Shown one piece after another: positions 13,330 to 27,032 of a stretch of 64,000 bases of DNA; position 1 is the stretch's first letter; every line of letters begins with the position of its first letter. The stretch is from Malacoraja senta (Eukaryota): the NCBI GenBank assembly GCA_038087875.1, contig JAXLNO010003642.1, forward strand, positions 124,001 to 188,000. The letters run 5' to 3'. A model generated the notes under the pieces. That model ran no database searches, was not told the origin of the DNA, and was given only the letters and a program-made list of their open reading frames with translations. A program made the position numbers and the translations under genes.

Positions 13330-13835
13330 ACAGCAGTGGAGTTACTTCCTTGCAGTACCTGTGACTCCGGTTTGATCCTGACTAAGGGTGCTGTCTGTAC
13401 CAACTTTGTATGTTCTCTCTGTGACTGCATGGGTTTTCCCCTGGTGCTTTGGTTTCCTCCCAGTTCCAAAGACCTGCAGGTTTATAGGTTAATTGGCATC
13501 TGTAAATTGTCCCATGTGTATAGGATAGAACTGTGTAGGCAGCACGGTGATGCAAAGGGGTGGTGAGGAGTAGCAGCGGTAGAGTTGCTACCTTGCAATG
13601 GCAGAGACCCAGGTTTGATCCTGACCATGTATGGATTTTTTAACGTTCTCCCCGTGACCTGTGTGGGTTTTCTCTGGGGGTTCCAGCTTCCTCCCACTCT
13701 CCAAAGACATGCAGGTTTGCAGGTTAATTGGCCCCAGGTGTGTGTAGGATAGTGTTAGTGTGGGGGGGTCACTGGTCAGCACAGACTCAGTGGGCCTAAG
13801 GGCCTGTTTCAAGGCTGTACCTCTAAACCAAACTA
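13330..13835 (+). mobile_element. Two tandem HE1-like SINEs
   Basis: Heads at about 13330 and 13565; shared core; one tail at about 13830. Confidence 0.75.
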
Positions 13836-14262
13836 ATCTAAGGAGCTGAGGCCAACTGAACAGTGATCATTTTATTGAATGGTGGGACAAGTTTGGTGAC
13901 TATTCTCAGGGGCTGATAGCCTACTACTGTTCTATTTCCTCCTGTTCTTGATAGTTCCCCTCATGGAGGAAACTAGACCTTGGAGGCCAAGGTTTCAAAC
14001 TGAGGAGAAAATGGTTTTATTTTTTTCCCAGATGATAACGAATGGTGGGAATTTTCAACTGCAGATTGTAGATTCATTACGTTACTGAGAAGAATGGATT
14101 TGTTTCTTTGGGAAGTTGTGGGTTACTGGCTACAGACTCTTCTGGTCATGAGTAGATCAGTCATGACCTAATTGAGCTGCAGAACAGACTTTACTCATGG
14201 CCAACAAATACTTCATTTTTCTTGTTATCTCTACAATTACCCACTACAATCATTGCACTCTA

Positions 14263-16104
14263 AAAGGTCTGTCTCACTGTGCGAGTTGACCCACGAGTGA
14301 CCCCGAGTGAAAGACTCGTGGTTGCGTACGAGACTACAAGTTTATGATCCCGAGTTTAACCGAGTCCCCACGGGTATGTCTAAGTTTCCCGTTTACTTCT
14401 CATTTCTGCGATGTTCCAAGTTCGTCTCCCGAGTGTACCAAGTTCCTCTCCCGTTAATCTTGAGGCAACAATGTATATCGAAGTGTTGAAAAATCATCAC
14501 ATGTTAAAAAAAATGATGTCATGCCAGCCAAAGAACGTAGAGACTATTGTGTTTGCTGCATGTGTTCTGCACAACCTGATCCGTATCAGAGGTGCAGCTT
14601 CAGGATCAGGAACAGCCATGCAGCACGGTGACTTAGTGGACAGTCAAACAGGGAGAATAACACTAGGTGCGTGGAGGAGTGGTACAAACGACGAGACTTT
14701 GGTGCCACTGCAGTGTTTTCGAGGTAACACGGGGACCAACAGTGCAAAAGAGCAGAGAGACCATCTCTGCTCCTACTATAATTCAGAATTGGGCAGTGTG
14801 CCGTGGCAGGACAGCTTATTTTGAGCGGCTGCCGACCACAGGTACATCACTGCATGAGGAGAGCCCACATGCAGAAAAATCCAGTTAATTTCATGTTTAG
14901 TTTAAATCCTGCTGACTTTTCATTGTGTGGATTTTATTTTTTATTGTGGTGTAAAAGTAATTTCATTGCATCTGTCTTTCCTTTAAAACGTGGTTATCAT
15001 GCATCTGCTTATCTGATTGTAGATCTCAAAACTTGTCATTTAGCGCATTGCATTGTATATTTTATTGCCTGAATTTAGACTAGTGCATTTCTCAGCTGAA
15101 TTAGTATATAGTGGAAATACTTTTATTTGTGCTTCATTTGTTGATTTTCATGTATGAGAAGCCCTTTTTCAGACTACTGTGTTGTTTGCTGTGGTGCTTC
15201 ACCGTGATATGGGTTTGCAGGAAATTACGCATATTTCTCAATATGCGCAAAAAAGCGTTTTTTATATTGAACAAGAATAAAGACTTTGTTTCACATTCAA
15301 GACATTTGTTTCACATAAGACTTTGTCTTATTTTCTGATCTGCTGAGAGGGGGCAATTTTAAACATTTAAAAAGCACAGCATATGGAGGCGGCTGAGTCC
15401 TTAAATCTCACAAATGATTGTGAGAATCAAGATGTGAATATGTTTTGCCTTCCTCTATTTTGTGTTTTATGATGAAAGGAATATTACATTCAAGTCATGA
15501 GACTTTGTAGTGATATTAAAATGAAGACTTCCAGACATCAATTTGATCTTGATAGCAAAGAACTCTCTTTTATTGTGCAATGAAGTAAACAAACAGTGAG
15601 AATCAAACGGATCAGCAAAAAGCTTTTCAACACAACACAACACAACACAAATTTATATATAAACTTCAAGCAATTTTTTCTTTTCAACCCACTCTGTCAC
15701 CTTATCAATAACTTGCTTAACTTTGTTAAGCAGAATTTGTCTTTAAAAAGTCTAAGTAACTGATATTTCTGTCCCTGATTATTGTTTCTAAAAAGAGTTC
15801 CCACGGTAGAATCACGAGTCACAAATTTAAACGCACGGGCCACTACGTTCTTACAACGAGTTTAAAATGTTTCAAATTTTAACCACAAGAGTACATTTTA
15901 CTCGTGGAAAAGTACAAACATGTTTGAACTTTTGCAAGAGTTAACACGTTTCACGGGTACCTCCCGTTAGCGCCAAGAGTCGCTAAGTTGAGTCCACGAG
16001 TTCCGACGTTCCCACTACGTTAATTGTACGTGATTACCACGAGTTAAATTTGTTTTAAACTCGGGGTCACTCCTGGGTCAACTCGCACAGTGAGACAGCC
16101 CTTT
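14263..16104 (+). mobile_element. PIF/Harbinger DNA transposon, internally deleted
   Basis: 46-bp TIRs (14263-14308 and 16059-16104; 44/46 match) flanked by TA; carries a transposase C-terminal remnant. Confidence 0.85.
14513..14824 (+). pseudogene. Harbinger (DDE_Tnp_4-like) transposase C-terminal remnant
   Basis: PKNVETIVFAACVLHNLI...AKEQRDHLCSYYNSELGSVPWQ is typical of Harbinger transposase C-termini; the catalytic core is absent. Confidence 0.8.
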
Positions 16105-16562
16105 TACTTGTTTATGATTGCACTCACGTATGGTGTATTATGACTGGATAGCATGCAAAACATGGTATTTCACTGTATTTTTGTACACATTACAATAATA
16201 AACTAAACTCAACTTTAGGGAGAAGGGAGCAGAATAATGTGGCCTCTATCAGTGGTTGAGTAATATGGACTAAAACATTGGTTTGGACTAATTCTGCCAG
16301 TGGCTTGTGGGCCTATTCCTGCTTCTCCTTTCTTGTGTTCATGTATTTGATGTCTCTTGCTTACTGTGGTCACTGCTGTGAGTTATAACTCCAGTAACAT
16401 AAGCAAATTAGTTCAGCACTATCCGAGCAAAATTAAAAGCATTTTTAAAAATGCAGACTTAAATCTGATGTAGTGAGGGAGAAACACAAACATCTTTGGG
16501 TTGATTGAAATGATTTTGGTTAAGAGCTGAAAATTAAAATGAATAGAAATTAACATTTTGAC

Positions 16563-16862
16563 ATTAGACTTCAGAGGTACATCACAGAAGCAGGCCCTTC
16601 GGCCCACCGAGTCCTCGCTAACTCCCCGTACAATAGTACTATACCACGACAGGTGACAATTCACAATTTTACCAAAGCAAATTAACCTAAAAACCTGTAC
16701 TTCTTTGAGATGTGGGAGGAAACTGGAGCACCCAGAGAAAAACAATGCAGTCACGCATGGAGATGCAGGGAGAATGTACAAACACCGTACAGACAGCACC
16801 GTTAGTCAGAATCGACCTGAGTCTCTGCTGCTATAGGCAGCAACTCTACCGTTGCAACACTG
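16563..16862 (-). mobile_element. HE1-like SINE
   Basis: Family core and head on the - strand. Confidence 0.8.
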
Positions 16863-17239
16863 AGGATATCTTGAATTACAAAAGCAATATTTTGGGCTCA
16901 TCACCAACCATACCAGCACCTGCATTCTTTATATGGTACATTGATATGGAGTTTATTGCATTGAAACAGGCCCACAAGCCTGCCCTGTTGTTCAATACAA
17001 TCCCTCAGTCATTCCTGATCTGGTTTGATTAGGATGCAAATAAAAGCTTTTCACTATATCACAATACAAGTGACAATAATAAACCAATACCAATGCTATT
17101 GTGTAAGTTCTCCCCATATCGGATATAGATCCTTGATAAATTTGTAGACACCATCGCCGTCTATATCCACCACCATTTGCTCCACAGTTTCAATGTCCAA
17201 ACTAGCTTCCAATATAACTGTTTTACAGAATTCCATTTT

Positions 17240-17765
17240 GAGTTGAAAGATACAACATGGAAACAGGCCCTTCAGCCCACCATGCTGACCACCGGTCACC
17301 CCTTCATACTAGTTCAATGTTATCCCACTTTTTTGTCCAATCCCCACACACGCTAGGGGAAATTTACAGATGTCAATTAACTGACAAACCCACACACCTG
17401 TGGAATGTGGGAGAAAACCAGAGCACCCGGGAAGAACCCAGGTGGTCACAGGAAGAAGGAACAAAATCTATACAGTAGCTAGACAAAAATGCTGGAGAAA
17501 CTCAGGGGGTGAGGCAGCATCTATGGAGCGAAGGAATAGTTTTGGGTCAAGACCCTTCTTGGAGGGTTTCGACCGGAAACGTCGCCTATTCCTTTGCTCC
17601 ATAGATGCTGCCTCACTCGCTGAGTTTCTCCAGCATTTTTGTCTACCTTCGATTTTTCCAGCATCTGCAGTTCTTTCTTAAAGAAAATCTACACAGACAA
17701 TACCAGAGGTCAGGATCTAACGCTGGTCTCTGGTGCTGTGAGGCAGCAGCTCTACCTGCTGTGGA
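17240..17765 (-). mobile_element. HE1-like SINE split by an inverted PLE-end pair (17476-17685)
   Basis: The SINE sequence resumes at ...aatctacacagacaat after the hairpin. Confidence 0.8.
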
Positions 17766-18269
17766 CAGTGTTTGGTTTCCTCCTTTTTGTTCTGCATTGT
17801 AATGATTCAAGTCAGGATAGGCATTGGATTTATGGGTCTCCTGAATCATAATATAAGGAGCAGTTAGCAGCATAAGAATGGAGAGTTATCTGAAACGTAA
17901 TTACAGTTCCAGGCAACTACGCCCTGCCTTTCCATTCCATTTGCTATAGAGTGCGAAAAAAACAAAGTGCTGGAGTAACTCAGCAGGTCGGGCAACATCT
18001 CTGGAGGACATTGACAGGCGCTGTTTCCGATTGGGACCCTACTTCAGACTGACAATAGTCACCTATCCTTTTTCTCCAAAGATGCTGCTCGACCCGTTGA
18101 GTTACTCCAGCGCGTTGTGTCTATCGTCACCTATCTATGCCCTCCGGATTTGCGACCTGACCTGTTGAGTTACACCAGCACTTTGTGTCTTTTGTTGTTG
18201 TAAATCGGCATCAGCACCTCCTCATGTCTCCATTACAGTCAATTGTTTCCTGCTGGTTCAATGACATCG

Positions 18270-18312
18270 CTCGACAACTGGTGACGACCCGTGGTATTTT
18301 TATTCTGATTGC
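18270..18312 (+). promoter_or_regulatory. Putative MHC X1/X2-Y promoter module
   Basis: CTCGACAACTGGTG (X1-like) overlapping TGACG (X2/CRE half-site), then 21 nt, then CTGATTGC (Y-like), about 75 nt upstream of the leader ATG. Order and spacing resemble the MHC SXY module. Confidence 0.4.
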
Positions 18313-18386
18313 ATGATGAGATCCTGCTTTGATGTTGGTGAAGTTTGGCTCAGTTGCTGCTGTTGATGCGTGAGGTTGTGCGTGAA

Positions 18387-18438
18387 ATGATGCTGTTCAT
18401 CTTGTTGAGTTTCTTCCGCGTACAAGGGGCTGAAGCAG
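18387..18438 (+). CDS. MHC class I-like gene, exon 1 (signal peptide MMLFILLSFFRVQGAEA + G)
   Basis: ATG at 18387; 17 codons with a hydrophobic core ending in A-E-A; strong donor G|GTAAGT at 18438/18439 in phase 1. Joins the alpha1 exon (G+GG) to give AEA|GPHTL, a typical class I mature N-terminus. Confidence 0.8.
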
Positions 18439-18709
18439 GTAAGTTAATGATTCTCATTTTATTCGCTACTGGCTAAAAGCGTCTTGGCTTTATCTCAATC
18501 TTGACCGGAGGCGACTGAGTTTAAAAAAGCGCGCAATACACATTCAGTCTGGTTCATGGTTCACGTTAAAAGGGTTTAATCTCCCCTGTTTCAGTACAAT
18601 CCAGACTGGAATTTCTGCATTGATTTGCACAATGCCCCGTTTCCTCTGTGGAAGAAGGAACTACAGATATTGCTTTAAACTGATTTTAACTCGTGTAAAA
18701 CAAACAGGA

Positions 18710-19630
18710 GCGAGGCATTCACTAGGGTTTCCTCGCTGCTCCGCTCTTGCTCTCCCTTCCCCCCACATTCATAACAAGGACAGAGTCCCCCTTGTCCTCA
18801 CCTTCCACCCCATCAGCCGTCGCACAGCATATGATCCTCCATCATTTTTGCCACCTCCAACAGGATCCCAATACTGGCCACATCTTCCCATCTCCACCTC
18901 TTTCTGCTTTCCGTGGAGACCGTTCCCTCCGAAATTCCCTGGTCAACTCGTCCTTTTCCACCCAAACCACCCCCTCCCCAGGTACTTTCCCCTGCAACCG
19001 CAGGAGATGCAACACCTGTCCCTTTCCCTCTCCCCTCAACTCCATCCAAGGACCCAAACAGTCTTTCCAGGTGAGGCAGAGGTTCACTTGCACCTCCTCC
19101 AACCTCATCTACTGTATCCGCAGTTGCAGGTGTCAACGTATCTACATCAGCGAGGCCAAGCACAGGCTCGGCAATCATTTCACTGAACTACTCCGCTCTG
19201 TCCATCTTAACCTACCTGATCTCCTGGTTGCTCAGCACATCAACTTCCCCTCCCATTTCCAATCTGACCTTTCTGTCCTGGGCCTCCTCCATTGTCAGAG
19301 TGAGGCCCAGTGCAAATTGGAGGAACTGCACCTCATATTTTGCTTGGGTAGTTTACACCCCAGCGATATGAACATTGACTTCTCTAACTTTAAATATCCC
19401 TTGCGTTCCCTCTCTATCCCCTCCCCCTTCCCAGTTCTCCCACCAGTCTTAATGTCTTCAACTACATTCCATCTTTGTCCCGTCAACTCACCTGACATCA
19501 GTCTGAAGAAGGGTCTCGACCCGATAGGTCGCCCATTCCTTCTCTCCAGAGATGCTGCCGGCCTGCTGAGTTACTCCAGCATTTTGTGTCTACCTTTGAG
19601 TTAAACCAGCATCTCCAGTTCTTTCTTACA
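18710..19630 (+). mobile_element. Penelope-like element (PLE) 3' fragment: GIY-YIG region plus terminal repeat
   Basis: PLVLTFHP...FRGDRSLRNSLV...PGTFPCNRRRCNTC...NLIYCIR...YISEAK...MNIDFSNFK; 3' end ctgaagaagggtctcgaccc...gagttactccagc. Confidence 0.9.
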
Positions 19631-19754
19631 CATTGTATGACAGGTTCATGTTTATGGCCAATGCGAAATCAATAAAAGATTAGCACACACTGTGGATTTT
19701 GTTATTGATTGAGTGACAACTCTTAGCTCCAAACGTGCTGTCGTCACGTTTACG

Positions 19755-20230
19755 TGGTTTATTAATGATTTGGATAAGGGGATTGAATGTTTTGTGGCCA
19801 AGTTTGCAGATGATGCTAAAATAGGTGGAGGGGCAGGCAGTGCAGAGGAAGCAAGGACTTTGCAGAATGACTTGTTCGGGTTAGGAGGGTGGGCAGAGAT
19901 GTGGCAGATGAAATCCAGTATAGCAAAGTGTGGAGACATGCATTTTGGTAATAAGAATAAAGGCGTAGATTATTTTACAAATGGAGAGAGAATCCAGAAA
20001 TCGGAGGCACACAGTGACATGGGAGTGCTGGTGCAGGACTCCCAAAAGGTTAATTTGCAAATTGAATCGGTAGTCAGGAAGGTGATTTATATCAAGAGGA
20101 CTGGAATACAAAAACAGAAAATGGCGCCCGATTTGTAAGAGTGTCAAAGGTCACAGGGAGATGACAGGAGAACGGCATTGAAAGGGAACGATAGGTCAGC
20201 CATGATTAAATTGTGGAGTAAACTCGATGG
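19755..20230 (+). mobile_element. CR1 RT 3' fragment
   Basis: FINDLDKGIECFVAKFADDAKIGG...KCGDMHFG. Confidence 0.8.
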
Positions 20231-23200
20231 GCTGAACAACCAAATTCTGCACCTTTGACATGAAGTGAGTCAAAGTTCTGAACATGAGGGATGATCTTTT
20301 TATTTCTCCCCAGACTGCTGTGTCTGGAACCAAAATTCACAGTTTAAAAATAAGGGTTCAGACATTCTTATGGCACCAAAACATGGTGACACTTGTGTAT
20401 TGTCTAGGTTAGGTCTGCTATATGATTTTACCGAGTTGTATACGAAACGAAGCATTTCACTGTACCTAGGTGCATGTGACAATAAAATATCATTGAATTC
20501 AGTGCAGTAATGAGATGATCTTTTCACCCAGAGGGTAATTAGTCTTTCAAATTCTCTGTCCAAGAAGGCTGTGGGCATTCAGTCAATCAGATGCTTGAGG
20601 CAGGGATAGGAAGATGCTTGGATACAAAAGGAATCCAGAATTCGGTAAAATGGTGGTCTGCTAGAGGATCGGTTATGATCTTATAGAAAAGCAGAGATTG
20701 GGAACAAAGGATGAATGGCAACATTTTGCTGATGTTAGGTTTGATCCCACTCCACAAGAGAGTCCAGAAGGAAAGAGAGTATAGAGTGTTCAATTGTCAT
20801 ATGTGTTGACTACAAAACAATGACATTCTTGTAGCAGCTTAGCAGACCTGTAAGACAATACAAATTGATAACATACTAAAATTCAGTAAATTGATAATCC
20901 CAAAATCTGTGCAAAAACACCGCAAATGCTCAGTTTAACCAAAGACAGTCCATAGGTCTACAGGGTCCGACTCGACACATTACCTATCCATTCTCACCAG
21001 CGATGCTGCCTGATCTGCTGAGTTACTCCAACACTTTGTCTTTATTTTGTTCATTAATCATAGCTGAGTTTAGTATACGGGAAGATTTTAATGATCACAT
21101 TCTAGCATGCATCTCCAGAGCCAAACAAAACAATGACATTCTCCTTCGATGGTACTAATCTAATTTGGTGAAAGGGGAAAGGCTTAGATATAAAGAATAA
21201 CATATTTATAGCAGTTCCAATGTAGGAAAATGCTTCAATGAGATTCGTAAGAATATTATTCTGTAACATTTTACTTCGAGCGGTATAATGGCATTACATG
21301 ACAATTAGCAAAATAAACATTTAAGGTGCATCTTAAAGGAAGAATAAGAGGTAGGGATAATTAGAGAGCAATTCTACGACTTAGGCCTGCTCTTCAGATG
21401 AAATACTTAAATTTGTGAATAATCAGGAAGTTATACTGCCCGGTTCATCGTGGGTTCTGACCTCACCACCATCGAAGGGATCCACACGAGACGCTGCCTC
21501 AAAAAGGAAGCCAACATCATCCCCCTGGCCACGCTTTCATTACCTCCCACCATGGGGAAGAAAGTATAGGTGTTTGACAACCATGACAACCAGGTTCAAG
21601 AATAGCTTCTTCCCAACAACTATCATGCACTTGAACGCTACACAACGCTAACCTCAACTGTGAAATTGTATGGACTGTATGCATGCCGAGGGAGGAGCTG
21701 CGTAGGAAGGAACTGCAGATGCTAGTTTAAACCGAAGATAGACACAAAAAGCTGGAGTAACTCAGCGGGTCCGACAGCGACTCTGGAGAAAAGGAATAGG
21801 TAGCGTTTCAGGTCGAGACCATTCTTCAGACTGATAGTCAGGGGAAAGTGAAATGAGAGATACAGACGGTGATATAGAGAGATATAAGAACAAATGATTG
21901 AAAGATTTGCTTTGAATGAAAGAGCTGTTGGTCTTAGATATTTAAATACAATGATCAGAGTTTAAAATCTGAATATTTTTCAATCAGAAAGATGATGGGT
22001 GAATGGGATGGAGCAAGTTAGCACAATGATGACAAAGTCTGAAGAAGGGCCTCAATCTGAAACCTCACCCATTCCTATTCTCCAGAGATGCTGCCTGACC
22101 CACTGAGTTATTCCAGCATTTTGTGTCTAACGCTAAGTGCTGGAGTAACTCAGTGCTGGAGTATCTCCGGAGAACGTGGCTAGATGACGTTTAGGGTAAA
22201 CACCCTTCCACAGAGTGAAGAAGGGGTCTTGACCCGAAACATCTATCCATCATCACATATCCGTGATCTCCAGGGATGCTGCCGGACCCACTAAGGTGCT
22301 CCAGCAGTTTGTGTCTCTTTGTGAACCAACATTTGTAGTTCCTTGTTTCTACAGTGTAAATTGACTGTCATTTGTAGGTAAGTGATAGAATCTGGAGAGA
22401 GATGATGGGAATTTGCAGAGAATAAGAATGGGTTGGTCAAGAGCAAGAGTTTAATTGTCATCTGTACTGGCAATGGAACAATGACATTCTTATACACATA
22501 TTAAAGATACAACAATCAATGGTACAATTAATTACTATTAGTTATACTAGGTAACCAGACCATAACAGTGGAAAAACAAAACGTCCTTACTGCAACCAAA
22601 ATAAAGTTATTGCAAATCAGAGTTGTTGAGGTAAGGTTGTGGTTCGTGTTGTGCAGTGTTTAAATGCCTGCTGCTCATAAGAAAAAAAGCTGCTCTTAAA
22701 CCTGGAGCTAACAGTTCCCAGGCTCTCTAACCTCAGAGGCAGTTGATAGGTTCAACGGTATTTTATTTGTGGCATGTACCGAGGTACAGTGAAATTCATT
22801 ATTGTATACAGTTTAGTACAACTATCACTGTATATAAGTCCTTAGATACATCTTAGATAACCATCTCAGATACAGTACAAGTGTATAGCAGTAGTACGCT
22901 GAGACAGTATACAGTGTCGCCTGTTATGGTGCCATTTTCACGTCCCAGTTGTTGTAAGTGAGGGTTCTTGGCCTGACCATGAGGCCCATTGTCCTGGTGT
23001 TGTTGCAGGGTACATTCCTTTTATCCATAAATGCTGCCTGTTCCACTGCGTTACTCCAGTATTTTGTCTCTATCTTTGGTGTAAACCAGCATCTGAAGTG
23101 CCTTCCTACACAGACACAAGAAGGATCCCAACAATGGGTTCTGTTTGTATGGAGTTGATACGTTCTTCCTGTGACTGCTCGGGTTTCCTCTGGGTGCTCC

Positions 23201-23962
23201 GGTTTCCTCCCACATTCCAAAGAAACCAACATATTTTAGTTTGTACAGACAAGAACACCCAAGAATGTTTTATTCAAAGAGACCAACAAAGTAATAAAGG
23301 TTTGCAGGTACAAAGTCTAACAGTGAGCATTGCTTAATCTAATCTTATACTTAGAACATTGTAGAAGTAGGGCATTCAGCACAGGGAGGCTGTCCCATTG
23401 AGGGGGACGAGAACAAAGGGGGAACTGTGGGGATGGGGGCGCCACCAAGAATGAAGGGGGAACTGGTGGGGATGGGGTCTGTTGCCATGTGCGGCAACAG
23501 GCAGTGGATAGGACTGTTCGGTACTTTGTAACTTTGTCTGCGCCAACACATGACGACATTTTTGTACTGCCTAGGTTCAGTTTAATTTATTGTCACGTGT
23601 CGAGGTACAGTGAAAAGCTTTTTGTTGCTTACTAACCAGTCAGTAGAAAGACAATACATGATTACAATCAATGCATTTACAATGTAGAGACACATGATAA
23701 AGGAATAATGTTTAGTGAAAGGTGAAGCCAGCAAATTCCGGTCAAGGATAGACTGAGGTTGTATGGAAAACAAAGCATTTCACTATAACCAGATACCCTG
23801 GGTACATGTGACAATAGAGTATCATTCAATCATTCTTTCATTCATCAGTCCTATTCCTCACAATTTATTTTCCATATAACACTGGCACCCATGGCCGCCA
23901 ATGCTCCTTTGATTTTCTTTGCCATTTACGTGTGTTGATCTGGCTAATGGGTTTTGTGAAGT

Positions 23963-24275
23963 ACAGCACAGTGGTGCAATGGTGGAGAGTTGCTGCCTCA
24001 TAGCGCCAGAGACCCAGGTTCAATCCTGACTTCAGGTCTGTCTATGTGGAGTTTGCACATTTTCACTGTGACCGATTGGGTTTCCTCCAGGTGTTCCGGT
24101 TTCCTCCCACAACCCAAAGGCATGCAGGTTTGTAGGTTAATTGGCCTATGTAAATTTCCCCTAGTGTGTAAAGAGTGGACGAGAAAGTGGAATAACTAGA
24201 GTGAATGGTAGATCAATGGTCAGCATGGACTCAGTGGGCCGAAGGGCCTGTTTCCGCTGTAACTCTAAACTAATC
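23963..24275 (+). mobile_element. HE1-like SINE
   Basis: Head, core and tail recognisable. Confidence 0.85.
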
Positions 24276-25319
24276 ATTAAAACTACAAAAATTACTGATT
24301 TATTGCAAGTAGCTAGATTCAAAACTATTTAAAATACTGAAGACGGGTCCTGACTCAAAACATTACCTGTCCATTCCAGCCACAGATGCTCCCTGACACT
24401 GAGTTCCTCCAGTATTTCATTGCTCAAGATTCCAACATGTCTCGATATTAACTACATGTTTGAATAACACTGTTGTTTGGTATTTTTATGATATTTTTAC
24501 GGTAGAATTGCATGCTGAAATGTTCATACCTTGAACATAGTTGAAAAGGATAGTAATTCATTAATGCATGCAGGAATAGTATTATTAAAATTGACTTTAG
24601 TAAAATACCGAATACACTGGCAATATGCAGTAGGTCAGGCCTCATCTGTGGGCAGGAAAGCAGAGCTAATGTTTCAGGCCAGAGACCCTTCAGGACTGGG
24701 AAGGAGGAGAAAGAAGAAAGGAGGAACTGAAGATGCTGGTTAACAAAAAAAAACACAGTGTTGGAATAACTCAGTGGGACGGGCAGCATTACTGGAGAGC
24801 GTGGGATGCTAAGGTTTTGGGTCAGGACCATTCATCAAACTGATTGTGGGGGTAAATAAAGCTGGAAGAGAGGAGGGGCAGAACAAAGTATGGCAGATGA
24901 TAGGTGATAGATACCAAAATGAGAGAGCAGTCCTGAACTACTATCTGCCTCATTGGTGACCCTCGGACTTTCTTTGATCGGACTTTACTGGCTTTACCTT
25001 GCACTAAATGTTATTCCCTCATCATGTATCTCTACACTGTAAATGGTTAGTTTGTAATCATGTATTGTCTTTACGTTGACTGGTTAGCAGGCAACAAAAG
25101 CTTTTCACTGTACCTCTGTACACGTAACAATAAACTAAACTAAAATGTTGCAGAGAGGATTTTCCGACAGGCAAATGATTGGACAAAGGCCAGAGATGAA
25201 AAGACAAAAGGAATTAAAGAATGGTGAATTGTGAGAATAGAGGAATGTGAAGGTGACGGGGGAGGGCAGAAATAGATGCAAGTCCAGATGGGGCACAGGG
25301 GAGGGGAAGAAATGGGGGG

Positions 25320-25790
25320 GTTAGGTTACCTCAAATTCTCATTACTTCCCACCCAAACCATCGCATCCCAGGTAATCTCCCCTGCAACTGCGGATGTAAC
25401 ATCTGTTCCTGTACCTCCTCTGTGGTCTGCCTCAAGGGACCATAGCAGTCCTTCTAGGTGAGACAAGACGTTCATGTACACCTTCTCTAAACTGATCTAT
25501 TGCATCCGGTGTTCCCAATGTGGCCTCCTGTATATCGACGAGACCAAGCATTGACTCCACGACCATTTCGCCGAAAACATGCACTGGATCTGCCATGGAC
25601 TTCTGGATCTCCTGGTTGCTAACCACTTGAACTTCCTTTCCCATTGCCATATTGACCTTTCTGTCTTGGGTCTCCTCCATTGCCAGTGTGAGGTCACATG
25701 CAAACAGCCCCTAACATTCTTCTTGGGTAGCTTTCAACCTGATGGTGTGAATATTGAACTCGCCAATTTTCGGAAACCTAAGCCCTACTC
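25320..25790 (+). mobile_element. PLE GIY-YIG fragment, degenerate
   Basis: LIYCIRCSQCGLLYIDETK...DLSVLGLLHCQ motifs. Confidence 0.8.
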
Positions 25791-27032
25791 TCCTCCTCCT
25801 CCCCTTTCTCCCCCACACCTACATTTCTCCCCACCGTTGCCCCCCTCCCCTGTAGCCCACCTGGACTTGCACCTATTTCCCTCCTATCCCCCTTCCTAAA
25901 TTTGCCATTTGCAACTTTTCAATTATTTTGTTGCACACCACCTGTATTTTTTATCTCTGGCCCTTGTCCAATAATCTCCCTATCAACTCCCCCGATTACC
26001 GCCTCCTCACCTATGTTCACCTATTACCTGCCCCTCCTTTCATCCAGTTTCCTTCATCTCCCCCTCTCCCTCCCCCTCTACAATGCCCATACCACCACCC
26101 CCCCCAACCTCCCACAATGAGTCTGAAGAAGGATCCTGTTCCACAACACCACATATCCATGTTTTCCAATGATACTGCCTGACCCGTCGAGTTGTCCCAG
26201 CATTTGTGTCTTTTTCTACGAGAAAAAAAAGAAACATGTTAAGCTGCAGGAATTGTGGGTGGGGAGAATGTCTTTCAATGATAGACACAGAAAGCTGGAG
26301 TAACTCAGTGGGACAGGCAGCATCTCTGGAGAGAAGTAATGGGTGACGTTTCGGGTCGAAACCCCTTTTCAGACTTTCCAACCCTTATCTGGTAGAATTT
26401 AATGAGAGACATCTGTTTGTGGTTGAATGCATTATCTGAACGCTGAATGTAAATTGTACTGTTATGGCTTTACAATACGTCATTGGTAAAAATGTGCATG
26501 GATTGAGCATATCGGCTTAATTGTCCTCCTTTGAAAGGAAGCTCACAGCATGTCTCAATTGCATGTCAACCTAGTATCATAAAAACAACTGCTGTAGGAA
26601 CTCAGGTGGTAGAGGGACATCTTTGTAAGAAGGAACTGCAGATGCTGGTTTACACCGAAGATAGACACAAAATGCTGGAGTAACTCAGGGGGTCATGCAG
26701 CATTTCTGGCAAAAAGAAATAGGTGACATTTCAGGTTGAGACCCTTCCTCACATCTTCAAGAGTCAAGAGTATTTTATTGTCATATGTCCCAGATAGGAC
26801 AATGACATTCTTACTTGCTGCACAACAGAAGGGAATGTAATTTGGAGGGAATTACATTTTCACAATGATTTTTAACTGGTGCAGTAAGTTACTTCTATTA
26901 TTCATAAACCATTTACTGGAGTATGTAGTAATATTTTCAAAACAATATTTGAAATGGCATAAGACCAAGACTGCATGAGAAGTCATCTTCTGATACAGTT
27001 TAGGATTTGGCAGGGAATGCTAAAAATATGGT

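Noticed and set aside
17096-17240. - strand ORF with EF-hand-like VEQMVVDIDGDGVYKF
   Set aside because: Lacks loop positions 8 and 12, has no good splice sites, is wedged between repeat tails, and the DIDGD DNA resembles the PLE 3' UTR (gatatagacggtgat).
18747-19604. 285-aa GIY-YIG ORF as a domesticated gene next to the MHC leader
   Set aside because: No true start, no RT, conserved residues altered (YISEAK for YIGETK; ELLRSV for EHLRSV), and many similar decayed copies in the window.
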